Positions 49,452 to 58,205 of a stretch of 64,000 nucleotides of DNA are shown one piece after another (position 1 is the stretch's first letter; every line of letters begins with the position of its first letter). Position numbers and translations under genes: made by a program. The stretch covers positions 4,435 to 68,434 of the forward strand of contig JAUQWV010000002.1 of the NCBI GenBank assembly GCA_030834985.1, in the 5' to 3' direction. Origin of the DNA: Candidatus Dojkabacteria bacterium. GTDB lineage: Bacteria; Patescibacteriota; Dojkabacteria; J137. Below the pieces are notes generated by a model. That model saw nothing but the letters and a program-made list of their open reading frames with translations, was not told the DNA's origin and searched no databases.

Positions 49452-49493
49452 TATCTTAATCCTTTTCTACTGGGCGATATATTGATTATATCA

Positions 49494-50738
49494 TCAATAA
49501 ATGAATTTTTCGTCATCTTTTTCGTCGTCATAGACAGTTTTGATGACTATCTCCTTTTCTGGGTTTTCTGAAGCATGCATTTCATCCAAAATTTCGTCTG
49601 CTTTTGATCTACGTTTGCCTCGTTTTTTAAGAACAAATACAACAGCAAAGCTAACAAAGATGAAAGCGATTCCAAGAATAAAAGCAAGAACATCTGTTCT
49701 TAAATTACTGAATATTAGAGCTATTGTACATACAACTACCATCATTGCTGTTTCAATAAGGGTTACTGTTTTTTTTGAATAGCCGGCATCCAAAAGCCTA
49801 TGGTGTAAGTGATTTTTATCACTTATCTGTAATATTTTTAACGGAGTTTTAATTAATTCAGGGTTGGATTTAAACCTCATATAAACAACTAAAATACCGT
49901 CTATAATTGGCATTGCTAGTATAATCAATGAAGCTGTCCATTTAGTACTACCCAAAATTGCAAATACTGCCAATAGAAATCCATTAATATAGTCGCCAAT
50001 TGATCCATACATAATTTTTCCTGGTGGATAGTTAAAGGGTAAAACTCCTAAAGTTGCTCCTAAATGGATTCCAATAAGAGCAGCTAACACAATATTTCCA
50101 TTGGCCAGGTTAATTAATAGTAATGTTACTAATGCAATGCTGGTTACGGAGCCATTTAATGCGTCTACACCTCCCACCCAATTAACAACATTAATTAGAC
50201 CTACAATCCATAATATAGTTAGAATATCTGCAGGGAATATAAAGTTATAAGTAAATCCTGCAAATCTAATGATCGTAGAAAACCAGTCAAAATGCAGTTG
50301 AATATCTAAAAAGTTTATTGATGTAATGCTGATTCCTGAAGCAACAACTATTGCAGCAGCTAACAATTGTCCAAGCAGCTGCAGTTTACTGTTTAATTCA
50401 AATTTATCATCTAAAAAGCCTGTAATAGCAATAATTATTATCCCAAGGATTACACCTTTTCCTACAGTAACAAAATCTCGGTTTAAAAATAGAGTAATTA
50501 AAATTGCACTTACAACTGCTAATCCCCCTAGTTTAGGATAAACATATTCATGAATTCTAGTTGCAATTCCTCTTTCACCTTTTGTCCTTAGCCTTGCAGG
50601 AAGATCCAATGCTCCAATTTTTAATGCTAGTTTACCCATTAGTGGGGTAAGAAGGAATGCAATTATAAAAGCAGTCAAAACAATTCCTGCAATTAAACTA
50701 AAATTGTTAGCTATGTATGGATTGGTAAATAAGTCCAT
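49494..50738 (-). CDS. Glycosyltransferase family 4 polyprenyl-phosphate N-acetylhexosamine-1-phosphate transferase (WecA/TagO-like; MraY superfamily) with basic/acidic C-terminal tail
   Basis: It has about 10 TMs, the DD motif (GFLDDKFEL), NVVNWVGGVDALNG (the NxxNxxDGxDGL equivalent) and HLHHRLL (the WecA-type HIHH motif). Confidence 0.7.
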   Translation of the reverse strand: MDLFTNPYIANNFSLIAGIVLTAFIIAFLLTPLMGKLALKIGALDLPARLRTKGERGIATRIHEYVYPKLGGLAVVSAILITLFLNRDFVTVGKGVILGIIIIAITGFLDDKFELNSKLQLLGQLLAAAIVVASGISITSINFLDIQLHFDWFSTIIRFAGFTYNFIFPADILTILWIVGLINVVNWVGGVDALNGSVTSIALVTLLLINLANGNIVLAALIGIHLGATLGVLPFNYPPGKIMYGSIGDYINGFLLAVFAILGSTKWTASLIILAMPIIDGILVVYMRFKSNPELIKTPLKILQISDKNHLHHRLLDAGYSKKTVTLIETAMMVVVCTIALIFSNLRTDVLAFILGIAFIFVSFAVVFVLKKRGKRRSKADEILDEMHASENPEKEIVIKTVYDDEKDDEKFIY

Positions 50739-50747
50739 TTTGTTATT

Positions 50748-51587
50748 TTAAGTTATTAAAGCGTAAATCTGTAAGGCAGCTATTAGAATTAATGCATTAA
50801 TAAATGTTACCATCCAAGATAATGTTAATGCGAATCTTCTATCTGATCTGAATATTTTTGTTATCACATTAAGCAGAAAACCTTCTATAAGCACTATCAC
50901 AATTCCTGCTATAAATATGATTGATTTATCTGACTGTTCCCATGATTTTTCTACATGATTATAAAAAACGGGGATGCTTAGGGGAATCCTATCAAATTCA
51001 AAAATCCCGCCTATAAATAATATGCCTGCGATTGCTATTAAAGATACGATCATAAAAGGGAGCGCCGGATTCTTCCACAACATAGATATCTCTAGCAGCT
51101 CTTGCCGGCGCTCAAAGTATACTCTAATAAATTCTAGTCTATCCTGCAGGCTTGGCTTTTTAGGAGTAATCTCAAATATCAGCTGATCACGGGATACCGG
51201 TGTGTCATCTATTCGTGTGTGTATTACTCTTTCTTCTTTAGGTATATCGGCTGATATTGGTTGATTTACCAATATAGGTTCTATGAGTTGCGCATCTTGC
51301 TGATTAAAAACCTTGATTCGCCTAGGCCTTGGTTTTGGTTTAACTACATTAGCTGCCTGAGCAAAGGAAGCTCCAAGACTACTAAATAAGCTTTTTTTGG
51401 GTTTTCTTTGTTCTATTTCATTTTCGTATCTATCCTCTTCATACTCGGGCTCGTTTTCAAAAGGCTCTGGTTGAATCTCTGTAAGGCTATCGGTATCTAT
51501 AATTTCATTCTGTTTTCGAGTTTCTTCCTGTTGCTCTTCGGAATCGTCTTCGTATAAAGGGTTTATTAGTGATCTTCTGATTTTCAT
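50748..51587 (-). CDS. Membrane protein with acidic, Glu-rich cytoplasmic N-terminal region and 4 C-terminal TMs
   Basis: An E/D-rich low-complexity N-terminus is followed by hydrophobic helices. Confidence 0.4.
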   Translation of the reverse strand: MKIRRSLINPLYEDDSEEQQEETRKQNEIIDTDSLTEIQPEPFENEPEYEEDRYENEIEQRKPKKSLFSSLGASFAQAANVVKPKPRPRRIKVFNQQDAQLIEPILVNQPISADIPKEERVIHTRIDDTPVSRDQLIFEITPKKPSLQDRLEFIRVYFERRQELLEISMLWKNPALPFMIVSLIAIAGILFIGGIFEFDRIPLSIPVFYNHVEKSWEQSDKSIIFIAGIVIVLIEGFLLNVITKIFRSDRRFALTLSWMVTFINALILIAALQIYALIT

Positions 51588-51719
51588 ACTGCCTCATTTT
51601 AACTTAATTTAAGTAAATGTGATATAATTCTAGGTAGTTGAAGCTGAATACTTTACTGTGGTTCAGCTTTTTTTGTACTTAATGTACAATGATTTTAGAT
51701 TAGTTATTAAACTTAAAAT

Positions 51720-52844
51720 ATGTCTCAAACAACAGAAATGATGTCTGCAATTAGACAGATTGCAGCAGAACGAAAAATTGATGCTGATGAAATTTTAGAG
51801 GCTATTAAATTCTCTTTAAAAACTGTTTTCATGGATTCCCATGGTATCGACAAAGAGAGTGGAGACTATGTAGAAGTCAATATGGATCCAGAGCAGGGTG
51901 ATCTATCTGTAACTGTAACTAAAGAAGTTGTAGATATACCTAGCAAAAATATTTTAGAAATTAGCCTTGATGAAGCTAAAAAGCTTAAAAAGAATGCTCA
52001 AGTTGGCGATTCTGTTAAAGTTGATGTAACTGGCGATGTAGATTTCGGCAGAATCGCCGCTCAAACCGCTCGTCAGGTAATTTTGCAAAAACTCAGAGAT
52101 TCTGAAAAGGAAGCTGTACTTAGACAGTTTACTGATAAAGTAGGTAAAATTATTAATGTTACAGTTCAAAGAGTATTACCTGAAGGTGATGTGATATGCG
52201 AAGTGGGTAAGGCAAAAGCAATTATGCCAAAAGAAGAGCGGGTAATGACAGAATTTTATAGACTGGGTTCTCAATTAAAAGTTCTCTTAAAGGCTATTGA
52301 CGAAGATATTAAAGGCAAATTTATGCTTATTTCTAGAGCAGATCCTGCATTCTTAGAAGAGCTTTTTGCTATGGAAATTCCAGAAATTGAATCTGGAACT
52401 GTAGAAATTATGAATATAGCTCGAGAAGCAGGTTCTAGATCAAAAGTTGCTGTAAGAAGTGTATCACAAGGTGTAGACCCAATTGGATCATGTGTTGGTC
52501 AAAAAGGTGTAAGAATTAATGCAATTTCTAACGAATTGAAAAATGGTAACTTTGAAGAAAAGATTGATATCATCTTGTGGGATGAAAACATTGAACAGTA
52601 CATAATGAATGCTATTAGACCAGCAAATTCAATAAGAGTAGAGATTACAGATAAAAAAGAAAAGACAGCGTTAATTGTTGTTCCCGATGATGAATTATCA
52701 TTGGCAATAGGTAAAGATGGTCAAAATGCAAGATTAGCATCTAAGCTAACTGGCTGGAATTTAGATATTGAGGGTGAAAGCGGACCTGGATCTAAGGCTT
52801 CAGAGGAAGAAATTCAGGAAGAAGCTACACCTGCTGTTGAGTAA
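51720..52844 (+). CDS. nusA: Transcription termination/antitermination factor NusA
   Basis: It has the N-terminal RNAP-binding domain, S1, and two KH motifs (GSCVGQKGVRINAI, AIGKDGQNARLASKLTGW). Confidence 0.9.
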   Translation: MSQTTEMMSAIRQIAAERKIDADEILEAIKFSLKTVFMDSHGIDKESGDYVEVNMDPEQGDLSVTVTKEVVDIPSKNILEISLDEAKKLKKNAQVGDSVKVDVTGDVDFGRIAAQTARQVILQKLRDSEKEAVLRQFTDKVGKIINVTVQRVLPEGDVICEVGKAKAIMPKEERVMTEFYRLGSQLKVLLKAIDEDIKGKFMLISRADPAFLEELFAMEIPEIESGTVEIMNIAREAGSRSKVAVRSVSQGVDPIGSCVGQKGVRINAISNELKNGNFEEKIDIILWDENIEQYIMNAIRPANSIRVEITDKKEKTALIVVPDDELSLAIGKDGQNARLASKLTGWNLDIEGESGPGSKASEEEIQEEATPAVE

Positions 52845-52848
52845 TTTT

Positions 52849-53199
52849 ATGAGTGTTCCTGTAAGAACCTGTATAGTAACAAAACAACGACATAATAAAT
52901 TTGATATGGTTAGGATAGTCTACTTTAACGACTACGTTAAAGTAGACCCTACTTTTAAAGAAAAGGGCAGAGGAGTTTATGTTCTTCCGGATCTTACAGT
53001 TTTTGACGAAGGAATTTTAAAGCACAGAATTGAACAAGGGTTAAAACTCAAGAGAACACTTGAGCAGGTTGAAGTTCTAAGATTAAAACAAGAATTTGAA
53101 GAAGCTGTAAAATTAAGAGAACAGGAAGCTTTAGAAGAGCATCAGGAAAAAATTGAAGAATTAAGAGCAGAAGAAGAGAATAAGCCGACAAATATTTAA
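52849..53199 (+). CDS. ylxR: YlxR/RnpM (DUF448) family RNA-binding protein
   Basis: It lies immediately after nusA. VPVRTCIVTK...GRGVYVLPD matches the YlxR RTC...GRGaY signature. The start is taken at the ATG at 52849 (the track ORF starts inside nusA). Confidence 0.75.
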   Translation: MSVPVRTCIVTKQRHNKFDMVRIVYFNDYVKVDPTFKEKGRGVYVLPDLTVFDEGILKHRIEQGLKLKRTLEQVEVLRLKQEFEEAVKLREQEALEEHQEKIEELRAEEENKPTNI

Positions 53200-53208
53200 C
53201 AAATACTG

Positions 53209-53281
53209 GCCCTATCGTCTAGTGGTCTAGGACATCACATTCTCAATGTGGTAACCCGGGTTCGAGTCCCGGTAGGGTCAT
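53209..53281 (+). tRNA. tRNA-Glu (anticodon CUC), CCA not encoded
   Basis: It has a cloverleaf: acceptor GGCCCTA/TAGGGTC, a D-arm, an anticodon stem TCACA/TGTGG with loop TTCTCAA, and a T-arm CCGGG-TTCGAGT-CCCGG. Confidence 0.8.
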
Positions 53282-53626
53282 AATATTGTTTTTCTCAGAT
53301 TTTTCTTCAATTGTTTCGTCTATAAATTCGAACAGTAAAGACTTTTTAATGGTTCGTAATCTGACTTCTGAACTACTATTGAAAAGGATACCTTCTGGAA
53401 AAATTTTAGTAAGAAAACGTCTTTTATTTGTAGGACTGAAGCCCATATACAGTGGTTCGAGGTTTGTAAGAAATAGTTCAGCTTGATTTAACAAAACTTC
53501 GAGCTCATTACGATCAATTAGGTTCTCACTTACTTCTAATTTAGCAACAGCAATTCCATTTATAATTCTACTTAATTCCTCTTTTCCTGCTTCTTCTGGA
53601 AACACTCCCTTCTTTATAAGTTCCAT
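53243..53626 (-). CDS. Hypothetical protein (127 aa); 3' end of the ORF runs into the tRNA on the opposite strand
   Basis: The open frame extends further upstream to about 53790 without another ATG, so a non-ATG start is possible. No motif was recognised. Confidence 0.3.
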   Translation of the reverse strand: MELIKKGVFPEEAGKEELSRIINGIAVAKLEVSENLIDRNELEVLLNQAELFLTNLEPLYMGFSPTNKRRFLTKIFPEGILFNSSSEVRLRTIKKSLLFEFIDETIEEKSEKNNIMTLPGLEPGLPH

Positions 53627-53975
53627 AGTTTTGATTTTATCCTCTTCTAAACTTTGCAGTCTGATTTCAGCTAATCTCCTAGCTACTTCAAAATCTTCGT
53701 GTTCCTTTTCCCATTTTTTTACAACTGTTTCTTTAAAGAATTCAGCATATTCTTTAGTAGGAGTTATAGATCTTAAATATGCTATAGGGAATGAATTTAT
53801 TTTTTGTTACTTAGATTAACTAAGTAAAAACAACTTTAGTTGATTATAAGGTATTAGATAAATGAAAATTATTAAAATTGAATAGTTACCTTAATTTTTA
53901 AAAATTAAATATGGCAGATCCAATTTCAAATCACCATATTTCCGATCACTATCATCTGATATAGAACTTGATTTT

Positions 53976-54365
53976 ATGAATAAAGAAGAGGTGTTGAATA
54001 ATTTGAATACAATTATAAACTTATTACATGAAAGGAAAATAATACCGAGCAATCAGGTAATACTTTGGTCATTACAGCTTGCAGGAATTAAACATTTCGG
54101 TAATGATTTCAACTTCCATAATTCCATGTACTCAACATTAAATGATTTATCTATTAAGAATGATATTAATTCAATGCAAATAACACTACCTAAACAGGAT
54201 GGATCTAATTTTATTGAATTTGATAAGGTGAAAAGTTATCATATACAACAATACAAAGATAGGAAAAGAATTGTAAAGACTCAAACAAAAAAATCAAGGG
54301 TAAATGATATTCCCAACTTATACTTACATTTGATGGAATTAGAGAAAATTCAAATGGTGAATTAG
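53976..54365 (+). CDS. Hypothetical protein (129 aa)
   Basis: It is an ORF in an otherwise degraded-looking AT-rich region with no motif. A NUDIX-box-like fragment follows in another frame. Confidence 0.3.
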   Translation: MNKEEVLNNLNTIINLLHERKIIPSNQVILWSLQLAGIKHFGNDFNFHNSMYSTLNDLSIKNDINSMQITLPKQDGSNFIEFDKVKSYHIQQYKDRKRIVKTQTKKSRVNDIPNLYLHLMELEKIQMVN

Positions 54366-54453
54366 AATTTCTATTAACGAAAAGATTAAAGCATACTTTC
54401 TATGGAAAGATTGCTGAACTTACAGGGAAAATAAGATTTGGAGAAGACTTTGA

Positions 54454-54630
54454 AGAAGCAGCAAGGTAAAAGGCGATTTTAATAACGATAAAATTGTAAA
54501 TTTATCTGACTTAAGTATATTAGCTACATATTGGAATCAAAATTCAAGTGTTGCTGATGCAAACAACGATAATGTTGTAAATATATCTGATCTAAGCATC
54601 TTGGCTCAAAACTGGATGCAGGGTTTTTAA
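54454..54630 (+). pseudogene. Orphan 3' gene fragment encoding only a tandem dockerin-like module (no start codon; frame opens after a TGA)
   Basis: It translates to KGDFNNDKIVNLSDLSILATYWNQNSSVADANNDNVVNISDLSILAQNWMQGF*. It is about 80% DNA-identical to the 3' ends of the NHL genes at 57235-57393 and 60820-60977. Confidence 0.6.
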
Positions 54631-54633
54631 ATA

Positions 54634-57393
54634 ATGAAATACATAAAAGTCATAATAACTTTTATTTTTATAGTAATTTTAAGTGCGGCGCCGCTTAATC
54701 TTTATCCAAATTTATTAGCGGAGAGCGCCGTGCGTGGAGTTCCTGGTGATGGCTGGGCCGATGTAATAATCGGCCAGCCTGATTTTTCAGAAGTCTCACC
54801 GTATTCGGTTGTTTCAACTATGATGCATCTTCCTCACGGAGTCTATATTGATACTAATAATCCACTAGATAATAAGATGTATGTTTCAGATGCAGGGAAT
54901 AACAGAATATTAGGTTATAACCTTGCAGAGTGTTTGGAATCAGAAACAAATCCTTTAAATTGTGAACCAAACATAATAATAGGACAGCCAAGTGCGAATA
55001 CATCTGCATGTAATGGAGATTCTGCATATCAAAATTACCCAATACGTGCGCCGGCAACTGCATCTACACTTTGTTTATTGCAAGAAGATCAGCTTTCAAT
55101 TTCAGAAGGCGGCTCTGGCGCAAGTATGGCGGTTGATAGTCAAGGTAATTTATATTTCCCTGACTTTTGGAATAATAGGGTCTTAAAATATAATGCTCCC
55201 CTTTCAGAAGACACAAGTGCCGGTAAAGGAGACGCAATTGCAGATGAAGTCTGGGGGCAGGCTGATTTTACAGGAATACTTTGTAATCGTGGACTTGCGC
55301 AGCCAGCTGCTAATACTTTATGTTTTAGCTGGGGTAATTCAAATAACTGGACAGCAGGTGTAGATATAGATAGTCAGGATAATTTATGGATAGTTGATAG
55401 TGGTAATAATAGAGTTTTAAGATTTAATAATACTTCCGGTTCAATTAGTAAAACTCCAAGCCTAGTTTTAGGACAATCAAATTATACAAGTGCTACATCT
55501 GGAAGTACATTAAGCAAGCTTAGAGATCCTAATGCTGTTAGAGTTAACGATGATGGTGTAGTTTACGTTTCAGAAAGATACAATAATAGAATTCTTAAAT
55601 TCAGTCCACCTCTAACTAATGGAATGAGCGGGTCAACTTTTGGTTCAGGGTTTAATGCGCCATCAGGAGTAGATTTTGACCCCACAGAACCAGACAGCTT
55701 ATGGATATCTAATACTAACGATAATTCATTAGAATTATGGAGTGAAAATTCAGGTACTCTTGTTAGAACATTAGGCGGTGCAGATGGAAATATCATAGGA
55801 GATGTTACGGGCTCTATTGGAGTGGATTCAGAAGGTAATGTTTATGCAGCAACGGGATTAGGTAATTACAATAATACAGTAATTATATTTGAAAAAGATG
55901 GTGATGATGTTATTCCTTCCACTACTTTAACTCAGCCAACATCAGTAGGTAATTTTAAGGATATTAATCAATTAGCTGTTGGCAGAGGGTTGGCTGTTAC
56001 TGAAGATCAAGTTATTGTTGCAGATCAAGATAGGATAATGTTCTGGAATACTCCAAATGGTATAACAGATCTATATACAGGAAAGCCGGCAGATGGAACG
56101 GTTAGCAGGCCTACGGAAGACTACGGACCTTGCTGTATGTATCTTAAAACTGACGAAGATGGACACTTATACACATCTTTTGGCACGCATAATCTGCCGG
56201 CTAGAATTGCGGTATACAATCTGCCGCTTACACAGGGTGAAATACCATTTAAGGAAATCGCATTTCCTTTGAATCTTTTAGGCGGAGGAACAATACAAGC
56301 TGGACCATCTTATTCTGACGGTATTCCAGGCTTTTTGCCCACACCACATTCGGAGTTCTTATGGGTTTCGACAAGTATGTATAACAGAGTAGTAAGAATA
56401 CGTGATCCTTTAGGTGTTAGTCCGGTAGTTGATTATGTAATAGGGCAAACTAACGCTACTAATAACCAATGTAATCGAGGAGGCAACCCTGTAAGTGGAG
56501 CAACAAGTGTGACTATATGTAATGCAGGTGCATTAGCGCTTGATCGGTTTGGAAACTTTTATCTAGCTGATCACTGGCTAGAAGCATATGGCAATAATAG
56601 AACTTTAATATACTTAAACGGGACCTTGCCTACCGATAACACATCAGTTATTTATAATATTATTGCACCGGACGTAATTGTTCAGAATATTGCTATGTGG
56701 GAGCCAGCATTTGATTCGCAAAACCGGATGGTAGTAGGTTTTAATCCTTATTGGACAGGAACACCTTTTCCGATAGAAGATAGATGGTTTCCTGCGGTAT
56801 ATGAAGATATCATTGATTCAGGCAGTGGAACTCCGGATTATTTCCTAAAAGATTACCATTCTATGGTATTTAACGCAGCTTTTGATGAAGATGATAACCT
56901 TTATATTACAGATTTAAATCGAGGTAGAGTTCTAATATACTTGGCGCCACTTGCCGATAATAATCCCCAACTAACGCAAGTCACTCCAGTACCATCAGTA
57001 GTTTCTGATAGAACCCCTAATTATACTTTCCATACAGATAAAGCAGGTACTTTAACGTATGGAGGTGATTGTTCAAGTTCAGTTACAAACGCAGTAATAG
57101 GAAACAACACTATTACATTTAATACTTTATCTATTGGTATTCACTCTAACTGTACAATAAGGCTTACAGATAGTCAGGATTATCAAAGTAACATCTTAAA
57201 TGTAAACACATTTACTATTAGCTTTAAATCCCGGGGAGATTTCAACAGCGATGGCAATATTAACTTATCTGATCTAAGTATACTTGCTACATATTGGATG
57301 AAATCTAATACAGCTGCAGATGCTAACAATGATAATTCTGTAAATATATCTGACTTAAGCATTCTAGCTCAATACTGGATGCAAAATTTTTAA
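54634..57393 (+). CDS. Secreted NHL-repeat beta-propeller protein (919 aa) with C-terminal tandem dockerin-like module
   Basis: It has a signal peptide and repeated NHL-type blades (GNNRILGYN, NNRVLKYN, GNNRVLRFN, NNRILKFS). The C-terminus is RGDFNSDGNINLSDLSILATYW...DANNDNSVNISDLSILAQYWMQNF. Confidence 0.7.
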   Translation: MKYIKVIITFIFIVILSAAPLNLYPNLLAESAVRGVPGDGWADVIIGQPDFSEVSPYSVVSTMMHLPHGVYIDTNNPLDNKMYVSDAGNNRILGYNLAECLESETNPLNCEPNIIIGQPSANTSACNGDSAYQNYPIRAPATASTLCLLQEDQLSISEGGSGASMAVDSQGNLYFPDFWNNRVLKYNAPLSEDTSAGKGDAIADEVWGQADFTGILCNRGLAQPAANTLCFSWGNSNNWTAGVDIDSQDNLWIVDSGNNRVLRFNNTSGSISKTPSLVLGQSNYTSATSGSTLSKLRDPNAVRVNDDGVVYVSERYNNRILKFSPPLTNGMSGSTFGSGFNAPSGVDFDPTEPDSLWISNTNDNSLELWSENSGTLVRTLGGADGNIIGDVTGSIGVDSEGNVYAATGLGNYNNTVIIFEKDGDDVIPSTTLTQPTSVGNFKDINQLAVGRGLAVTEDQVIVADQDRIMFWNTPNGITDLYTGKPADGTVSRPTEDYGPCCMYLKTDEDGHLYTSFGTHNLPARIAVYNLPLTQGEIPFKEIAFPLNLLGGGTIQAGPSYSDGIPGFLPTPHSEFLWVSTSMYNRVVRIRDPLGVSPVVDYVIGQTNATNNQCNRGGNPVSGATSVTICNAGALALDRFGNFYLADHWLEAYGNNRTLIYLNGTLPTDNTSVIYNIIAPDVIVQNIAMWEPAFDSQNRMVVGFNPYWTGTPFPIEDRWFPAVYEDIIDSGSGTPDYFLKDYHSMVFNAAFDEDDNLYITDLNRGRVLIYLAPLADNNPQLTQVTPVPSVVSDRTPNYTFHTDKAGTLTYGGDCSSSVTNAVIGNNTITFNTLSIGIHSNCTIRLTDSQDYQSNILNVNTFTISFKSRGDFNSDGNINLSDLSILATYWMKSNTAADANNDNSVNISDLSILAQYWMQNF

Positions 57394-57436
57394 TTTTGCT
57401 GTAAATTATCTTTATTACTTATTATCTCCTCTTCCT

Positions 57437-58198
57437 ATGTTTTCACTGCAAGATAAAGTTGCAATAGTTACTGGCGCTGCTTCTGGGCTAGGTAAGGAGA
57501 TTGCTCTTTTGTTCGCCAGACAAGGTGCAAAGGTTGTTGCTGCTGACTATAACAAAGAAGCATTAGATCAATTCAAAAGTCAGATCTCTACAGACTTGAC
57601 AATTTCACCAGTAGCAGGTGATATTTCTAATTTAGAAGATGTTAAAAATATATATGCTCATGCTCAAAGTGAATTCGGCGGCGTTGATATTGTTGTAAAT
57701 AATGCTGGAGTTATGGATAAGTTAGAACCTATTGGAGACTTATCAGACGAAGTATACGATAAAGTTATAAACACAAACCTAAAAGGAACTTTTTATATGA
57801 TGAGAGAAGCTGTAAAGATATTTGAAAAGAAAAGAGCCGGCACAATTGTGAACATCGCATCAATCGCTGGACTTGAAGGTGGAAGAGCAGGAGCAGCTTA
57901 TACTGCCAGCAAACATGGAATCATCGGTTTAACAAAGAATACAGCATACTTTTATACAAAGGCAAATATTAGAGTGAATGTAATCGCTCCTGGTGCAATG
58001 AAAACAAATATAATGAGCGGTAATATCGATTTATCGAATATAAGTGATTTAGTTAAGTCAATGTTGTCTACACAGGGTAATCAAAAGGTGGCAGATCCAT
58101 CGGAAGTTGCAAATGTAGCATTATTTTTAGCTTCAGATGAAGCAAGCTTTGTAAACGGAGCTGTAGTAGTAGCAGATGGAGGTTGGACGACATACTAA
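57437..58198 (+). CDS. Short-chain dehydrogenase/reductase (SDR) family oxidoreductase
   Basis: It has VAIVTGAASGLGKEIA (TGxxxGxG), NNAGV and the catalytic YTASK (YxxxK) with an upstream Ser. Confidence 0.85.
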   Translation: MFSLQDKVAIVTGAASGLGKEIALLFARQGAKVVAADYNKEALDQFKSQISTDLTISPVAGDISNLEDVKNIYAHAQSEFGGVDIVVNNAGVMDKLEPIGDLSDEVYDKVINTNLKGTFYMMREAVKIFEKKRAGTIVNIASIAGLEGGRAGAAYTASKHGIIGLTKNTAYFYTKANIRVNVIAPGAMKTNIMSGNIDLSNISDLVKSMLSTQGNQKVADPSEVANVALFLASDEASFVNGAVVVADGGWTTY

Positions 58199-58205
58199 AC
58201 TTTTT

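Noticed and set aside
53631-53819. 62-aa plus-strand ORF
   Set aside because: It is antisense to the extended minus-strand ORF that continues upstream of 53626, and its composition (S/C/F-rich) is not protein-like.
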